A stretch of 64,000 nt of DNA, from NCBI RefSeq assembly GCF_009914755.1, contig NC_060937.1; one strand, given 5' to 3'. This stretch comes from the human T2T-CHM13v2.0 reference genome, Homo sapiens. Shown here in pieces: positions 57,122-64,000 of this stretch. The first letter of the stretch is position 1. Each line of letters opens with the position of its first letter. The position numbers and the translations under genes are program-made. Below the pieces are notes generated by a model that did not search any database, was not told where the DNA came from, and worked only from the letters and a program-made list of their open reading frames with translations.

Positions 57122-57698
57122 ACTCGCTGGGAGCAGAAATGCATGTGGTTAGCAAAGGCTTCACCAAGAAGGAGACGAGCGAGGGGGCTCTTGCAGAGTG
57201 AGTGAAACTCGACCAGCTGGCAGAGGAGGTGTGGGATGCATTCCAGGCTGCAGAGAGCACGCTGATAGAGAAGCATAATACACACAGAGAGCTATAAGTC
57301 ATTGGATTTGACTGACACAGCCTGTGCTGAGGAAGGGGAGGAGGCACAGCAGCAGATGTGGCAAGAGAAAGGGAACAGGGACATATAATCTTAATTTTTA
57401 AAAATAAGAACTTTACTGGGATGTCATTCACATGTCATATAATTTACCCTTTTAAAGTCCACAATTCAAGAGTCTTTACCATATTCACAGAGTTATACAA
57501 CTATCACCACTTATCATTTTAGAACATATTCAACATTCCCCAAAAGACACCCCATACCTGTTGGCAGTTATTTCACACTACCAGATCCTCCCAGCCCCTG
57601 GAAACCACGGGACTACTTTCTGACTCTGGATTTCCCTATTCTGGATATTTCATGTAAATGGGCTCTTGCAGTGTGTGGCCTTTCTGACTGGTTCCTTT

Positions 57699-58307
57699 TG
57701 TTACTAGAAAGGGGTCCTGATCCAGACCCCAGGAAAGTGTTCTTGGACCTTGCACAAGAAATTTAGGGCAAGTTCATAAAGTGAAAATAAGTTTATTAGA
57801 GAAGAAACAAAAGAATTGCTACTCCATAGACAGAGGAGTGGCATGGGCTGCTTGACTCAGTATACGTATAGTTATTTCTTGATTATATGCTAAACAAGGA
57901 GTAAATCATTCTTGAGTTTTCTGAAAAAGGGGCGGGCAATTCTAGGAACTGAGGGTTCCTCTGCTTTTTAGATTATATAGGGTAATTTCTAGACATTGCC
58001 ATGGCATTTGTAAACTGTCATGGTGCTGGTGGGAGTGTCTTTTAGCATGTGAATGCATTATAATCGGCATATAATGAGCTGTGAGGAAAACCAGAGGTCT
58101 CTTTTGTCACCATCTTTGTTTTGGCTGGCTTTATCACTGGATCCTGTTTTATCAGTGGGGTCTTTGGGACCTGCATTTTGTGCCAATCTCTTATCTCATC
58201 TTGTGACTAAGAATGCCTGACCTAGGAATGCAGCCCAGTAGGTCTCAGCCTCATTTTACCCAGCCCCTATTCAAAATGGAGTCACTCTGGTTCAAACACC
58301 TCTAACA
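57699..58307 (-). mobile_element. MER41B-like solo LTR
   Basis: Carries the GAS-bearing segment absent from the two MER41A copies; perfect 4-bp TSD CTTT. Confidence 0.85.
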
Positions 58308-58466
58308 CTTTCACTTAGCATGTTTCACTTACCATGCATCCAAGTAAAAGCATGACTAAGTACTTCATTTCTTTTTATGGTAGACTACTATTAGATTATA
58401 AAAATATACCCTACCACATTTTGTTTATCCATGCATCAATTGATGGACATTTGGGTTGTTTCCACT

Positions 58467-58827
58467 TGAAGTTTAGCATAAAGATTACTTTAAAGTGAAA
58501 ACATTTGAAATCTTGTCTAAACTTTCCTTATCTGACTATTGCAGGGTCTTTTGAAAATTGAACTGCCGTTATTCTCCACTCCAGGGACTTTCCAGTAAGG
58601 AAACAGACTGCCCATTCCCATCGGCATAAAGAAAGGCCAGTTGAGCGTTCCAGCTTTTCCATTAAAGCCCTTGGGTATTCAGGGAGTCACTCATTACTGA
58701 GTGACTTCTGCCTGCACCTGTGAATAAAGCTTGTCTTTTCTCCTATTAGTCTGTCTATTGTCAGTTCTTTTGCCATTCCCCAACCATGGTAATTTAAGTG
58801 GATAGAGGAAAAATTTTCCTTCCAACG
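58467..58827 (+). mobile_element. ERV1 LTR (MER31/34-group-like), internally deleted
   Basis: Interrupts L1M; AATAAAGCTTGTCTTTTCTCCTATTAGTCTGTCTATTGTCAG R/U5-like end. Confidence 0.55.
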
Positions 58828-59078
58828 AACTTTTTGGTTATTATGAATAATGCCACTCTGAGCATTTGGGTATAGGTTTTAGAGTGAACAGATATTTTAA
58901 ATTCTCTTGGGCATATATCTAAGAATGGAATTGCTGGGTCATATGGCAACTGTTGCTTGAACATTTTGAGGAACTGCCAGGCTGTTTTCAGAAGGGCTGC
59001 AGCATTTTAAAACCCTACAAGCCATGTATTGTGGGTATAAGGTGGCATGCCACTGAGGTTTAGATTTTTATTCCCTAA

Positions 59079-59443
<365 letters not shown>

Positions 59444-60097
59444 CTGCTTTCTAATACATTAATGCTTGTCCGGATTTTAAAAGAGATAACACAATTAACT
59501 CATTCCTTTCCATTCACGTCTTACTTCTAGCCTTCCATTCTCAGCCAATGTTTTCTAAAAGGTGAGTTCTATTTGTCTGACTTTATTTCCTCATTTTATA
59601 CTTATCCCTCCAAGGCCACTATGTCCCACTGCTCCAGGTGACACCATTCACTTAGAATACAATGGGTTTGTTGCCCCCAGAGCTGTGTAATGGTAGCTGC
59701 CCTGCCCCTCACCAACTCCCCTTGCATCCCTTGTTATCAGGCTTCCAGGACTTTTGCTCTCACTCTTGGAAACAGTGCCTTCCCTGGAAGGCAGAGCTTC
59801 CCAACTGCATCTGCTGAGATTAGGCAGATGTGTGTCAAGCTAAGGATCCCTTAGGCTTCAGGGCTGCCAGGTGGGTCCCTGGAAGCTGGAGCATCTGAGA
59901 TGGTTGCATCTGGCCTCAGGCAGCCTTGCCTGGTACCTTTTGGTATTATACAAGTATCATTTTCTATTCTGCTCTGGTCAAGAACTGAGAAGTTGTGCCA
60001 AGGTCATGAATCACCTCCAAATTGCCAAATCCAACAGATATTTTTTTCTGGTCTTCAATGCCCTCTCCTGGGCCCTTCCTATGTCTCCAGCTGCTTC

Positions 60098-60211
60098 TGT
60101 TATCGGCCAGGTCTAGGCCCGTTCAAAGTAAATCAAGCAGTGTGACATGGGTTTTGTGAAAGAGAAAAGATTTATTCTCAAGGCTGCCAAGCAAGCAAGC
60201 AAGTAAGCAAC

Positions 60212-60267
<56 letters not shown>

Positions 60268-60806
60268 AGAACAGCTCTCAAGTCTACCTACTAAAAGATA
60301 AGGCTTAGGGATATTTATGGGTTAAGGAAGTGGGGTGGCCTTAGAAATGGGGAAAGGTGATTGGCAGTGGGGAAAAATGAAGTAACAGGTTCATTCTGCG
60401 CAAGTGTAGTCAAGGTTCATGGCATTTCATAAACATATATACAGAAAATGGTGCTGTTAGCCTGATCTGAGGGTGGAGGTTTTGGCCCTCTGACATCAAA
60501 AGGCCACTTCTCCGGCACTTTTGCAGGCCCAGTGGAAGGGTCAGTGGTCTGATCTGGTTTGAACTGGACAGGAACTGGACCAAGTTCCTGAAAAACACTA
60601 GAAGTGACCATTAGCATGGTGACCTGTGAATGTTATCTATAAAGTAGCCAGGGAAAGTTGAAGTTAAGTTTCAGCATTCAGCAGGGCAATCTTTAGGTAC
60701 TGTAGCCATCAGCTTCATGGAAAAAGGCGTAAAAATTCCACAAAAAAGCAAGCAAACACAATCAAGCAGGGCAGGCAGACCTGATTAAATTAATCTGTCC
60801 ATCTCA
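60098..60806 (-). mobile_element. ERV1 solo LTR (MER66-like, uncertain)
   Basis: TG...CA with near-TSD CTTC/CCTC; TTTATT (reverse polyA signal) near the left end. Confidence 0.6.
60188..60267. repeat. (AAGC)n tetranucleotide repeat, about 20 units
   Basis: Directly visible, two variant units. Confidence 0.95.
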
Positions 60807-60827
60807 CCTCTTTGTCTCTCTCTATCT

Positions 60828-63114
60828 TAAAAAATTTTTCTAAGTTTTAATTTTTATGGGCACATAGTAGATATATATATTTATGGAGTATATGAGACAT
60901 TTTGATACAGGCATGCAATGTGTAATAATCCCACCAGGGTACATGGGGTATTCATCACCTCAAGCATTTATCATTTCTCTATGTTACAAACATTCCAATT
61001 ATATTCTCTTAGTTATTTTTAAATGTACTATAAATTATTGTTAACTGTGGTGACCCCATTGTGCAATCAAATACTAGATCTTATTCATTTAATCCACCAA
61101 ATTTTTGTACTCATTAACCATCTCAACTTCCTGTCTCACCCCACCCGCCAACACCCCTTCCCAGCCTCTGGTAACCATCTTTCCACTCTCTATCTCCATG
61201 AGTTCAATTGCTTTGAGTTTTAGCTTCCACCAATAAGCAAGAACATATGAGGTTTGTCTTTCTGTGCCTGGCTTATTTCACTTAACATAATGTCCTCCAG
61301 TTCCATACATGTTGTTGCAAATGACAGGATCTTATTCTTTCTTATGGCTGAATAGTGATTCATTGTGTATATGTATCATATTTTCTTTATCCATTCATCT
61401 GTTGATGGACGCTTAGGTTGATTACAAATCTTGGCTATTGTGAATATTGCTGCAATAAACATCGAAGTACAGATATCACTTCAATATACTGATTTCCTTT
61501 CTTTTGGGTATATTATATTTAGCAGTGGGGTTGCTTGATTGTATGGTAGCTCTGTTTTTAGATTTTTGGGGAACCTCAAAACTATTCTCCATAGTGGTTG
61601 TACTAATTTACATTACCACCAACCGTGTACAAGAGTTCTCTTTTCTCTACATCTTCACCAGCATTTGTTATTGCTTGTCTTTTGGATAAAAGCCATTTTA
61701 ACTGGTGTGAGATGACATCTCATTGTAGTTCTGATTTGCATTTCTCTGATAGTTAATAACGGTATGTACCTTTTCATATGCCTATTTGCCTGTTTGCCAT
61801 TTGTATGGCTTCTTTTGAGAAATGCCTATTCAAATCTTTTGCCCATTTTAAAATCAGATTGCTGGATTTTTACTATTGAGTTGTTTGAGCTCCTTATATA
61901 CTCTGGTTTTTAATCCCTTGTCAAATGGATAGTTTGCAAACATTTTATCTCATTCTGTGGGTTGTCTCTTCACTTTTTTTATTGTTTCCTTTGCTGTGCA
62001 GAAGCTTTTTAACTTGATGAGATCCGATTTGTCCATTTTTTGCTTTAGGTATTACACAAGAAATCTTTGCCCAGACCAATGTCCTGGAGAGTTTTCTCAA
62101 TGTTTTCTTTTAGAAGTTTCCTAGTTGAAGTTCTTAGATTTAAGTCTTTAATCCTTTTTGATATGATTTTTGTATATGGTGAAAGAGGGGGGCCTCGTTT
62201 CATTCTTCTGAATATGGATATCCAGTTTTCCCAGCACTATTTATTGAGGAGACTGCCCTTACTCAATGTATGTTCTTGGCACCTTTGTCAAAAATAGGTT
62301 CACTGTAGTTGTATGGATTTATTTCTGGGTTCTCTGTTCTGTTCCATTAGTCTATGTGCTTGCTTTTATGCCAGTGCCATGCTGTTTTGGTTACTAGAGC
62401 TCTGTAGTATAATTTGAGGTTAGGTAATGTGATTCCTCCAGTTTTGTTCTTTTTGCTCACGATGGCATAGGCTATTTGAGTCTTTTGTGGTTCCATATAA
62501 ATTTTAGGATTTTTTTTTATTTTTGTGCAGAATGTCATTGGTATTTTGATAGAGATTGCACTGAATCTGTAGACTGCTTTGGGTAGCATGGACATTTTAA
62601 TAATATTGGCTCTCCAGTCCATGAACTGAAATATCTTTCCATTTTTTTGTGTCCTTTTTAGTTTCTTGCATCCATGTTTTACAGTTTTTATTGCAGAGAT
62701 CGTTCCCTTCTTTGGTTACGTTTAGTCCTTTGTATTTTATTTGTAGCTATTGTAAATGGGATTGCTTTCTTGATTCTTTTTTAGATTTTTCACTGTTGGC
62801 ATATAGAAATGCTTCTGATTTTTGTATTTTGATATGATATCCTGCAACTTCTCTGAATTTATCAGTTCTAATAATTTCATGGTGGAGTCTTTAGCTTTTT
62901 CCAAATATAAGATCATATAATCTGCAAACAAGGATAATTTGACTTCTTTATTTCCAATTTGGATGCCTTTTATTTCTTTCTCTTTTCTGATTGCTCTAGC
63001 TAGGACTTCCAGCACTGTGTTGAATAACAGTGGTGAAAGGGGGCACCCTTGTCTTGTTCCAGATCTTAGAGGAAATGCTTTCAGTTTTTCCTCATTTAGT
63101 ATGAAACTAGATGT
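60828..63114 (-). mobile_element. L1MA-type LINE-1 (3' UTR and decayed ORF2)
   Basis: ORF fragments LEVLARAIR...[14 protein letters not shown] and ...NLKLYYRALVTKTAW are L1 ORF2 RT-region; frameshifted. Confidence 0.9.
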
Positions 63115-63440
63115 GGTCTCTATTCTGTTCCATTGGTCTATATGTCAGTTCTTGTACCAATACTACGCTGTTTAGGTTACTGTAGACTTGTGGTATAGTT
63201 TGAAGTTCAGTAGCGTGATGTCTCCAGCTTTGTTTTTTGCTTAGGATTGTCTTGGCTATTTGGGCTCTTTCTTGGTTCCATATGAGCTTTAAAATAGTTT
63301 TTTTCTAATTCCGTGAACCATGTCAATGGTAGTTTAATGGGAATAGAATTGAATCTATAAATTACTTTGGGCAGTATAGTCATTTTTATGATATTGATTC
63401 TTCATATCCATGAGCATGGGATGTTTCTCCACTTGTTTGT
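63115..63440 (-). mobile_element. Inverted 5' segment of a second L1
   Basis: Repeats ORF2 sequence already present at about 62330-62650 but diverged; contiguous in L1 coordinates with the + strand segment that follows. Confidence 0.85.
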
Positions 63441-64000
63441 ATAAGACCGCACAGCTACAACCATTGGATCTTTGAAAAACTTGACAAAAACAAGCAATGG
63501 GGAAAGGCCTTTCTATTTAATAAATGGTGCTGGGAGTGCTGACTAGCCATAGGCAGAAAACTGAAACTAATGTGAAGATTCCTTAAAGAACTAAAAGTGG
63601 AACTAACATTTGATCCAGCAATCCCACTACTGGGTATCTACCCAGAGAAAAAGAAGTCATTACATGAAAAGGAGACTTGCACACACATGTTTATAGCAGC
63701 ACAATTCACAATTGCAAAAATGTGGAGCCAACCCAAATGCCCATCAATCAACGAGTGGATAAAGAAACTGTGATATATATACACAGTGGAATACAAAGGA
63801 ATAAATTAATGGCATTCACAGCAACATGAATGAGATTGGAGACCATTATTCTAAGTGAAGTAACTCAAGAATGAAAAGTCAAACGTCGTATGTTCTCACA
63901 CATAAGTGGGAGCTAAGCTATGAGGATGTAAAGGCATAAGAATAACACAATGGACTTTGGGGACTCGGGGGAAAGGGTGAGAAGTGGGTGAGGGATAAAG
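63441..64000 (+). mobile_element. L1PB-like LINE-1 3' segment, running off the window
   Basis: GATCTTTG...AACAAGCAATGGGGAAAGG; GGGAGCTAAGCTATGAGGATG...GGACTTTGGGGACTCGGGGG 3' UTR. Confidence 0.85.

Noticed and set aside
60188-60267. Repeat arrays as CRISPR-like
   Set aside because: Simple microsatellite with no spacers; eukaryotic context
62347-63015. Reverse-transcriptase-like ORFs
   Set aside because: Frameshifted L1 ORF2 remnants; catalytic FADD reads FADY

Overview
Primate (most likely human) non-coding genomic DNA. I find no credible protein-coding gene, tRNA, rRNA or CRISPR array; the long ORFs in the track are antisense-Alu, LTR, L2 or decayed L1 ORF2 translations. More than half of the window is transposon-derived: about 20 Alu/FLAM copies, many MaLR/ERVL/ERV1 solo LTRs, L1, L2, MIR and several DNA transposons. 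Notable structure: (1) a dense, nested solo-LTR cluster at about 51.3-60.8 kb with three independently inserted MER41 LTRs, one retaining a GAS/STAT motif; (2) a twin-primed, 5'-inverted L1 inserted in an older L1 at the right edge; (3) a diverged local duplication of about 165 bp (18.9 kb and 22.3 kb); (4) convergent CTCF-like motifs at 11.0 and 33.4 kb; (5) repeat-poor blocks with enhancer-like motif clusters (about 12.1 kb and 34.8-35.5 kb) and possible lncRNA splice signals. Repeat subfamily names come from recalled consensus sequences and need RepeatMasker/Dfam confirmation; boundaries without TSD support are approximate. I cannot identify the locus, and I see no evidence for a wholly new biological system.
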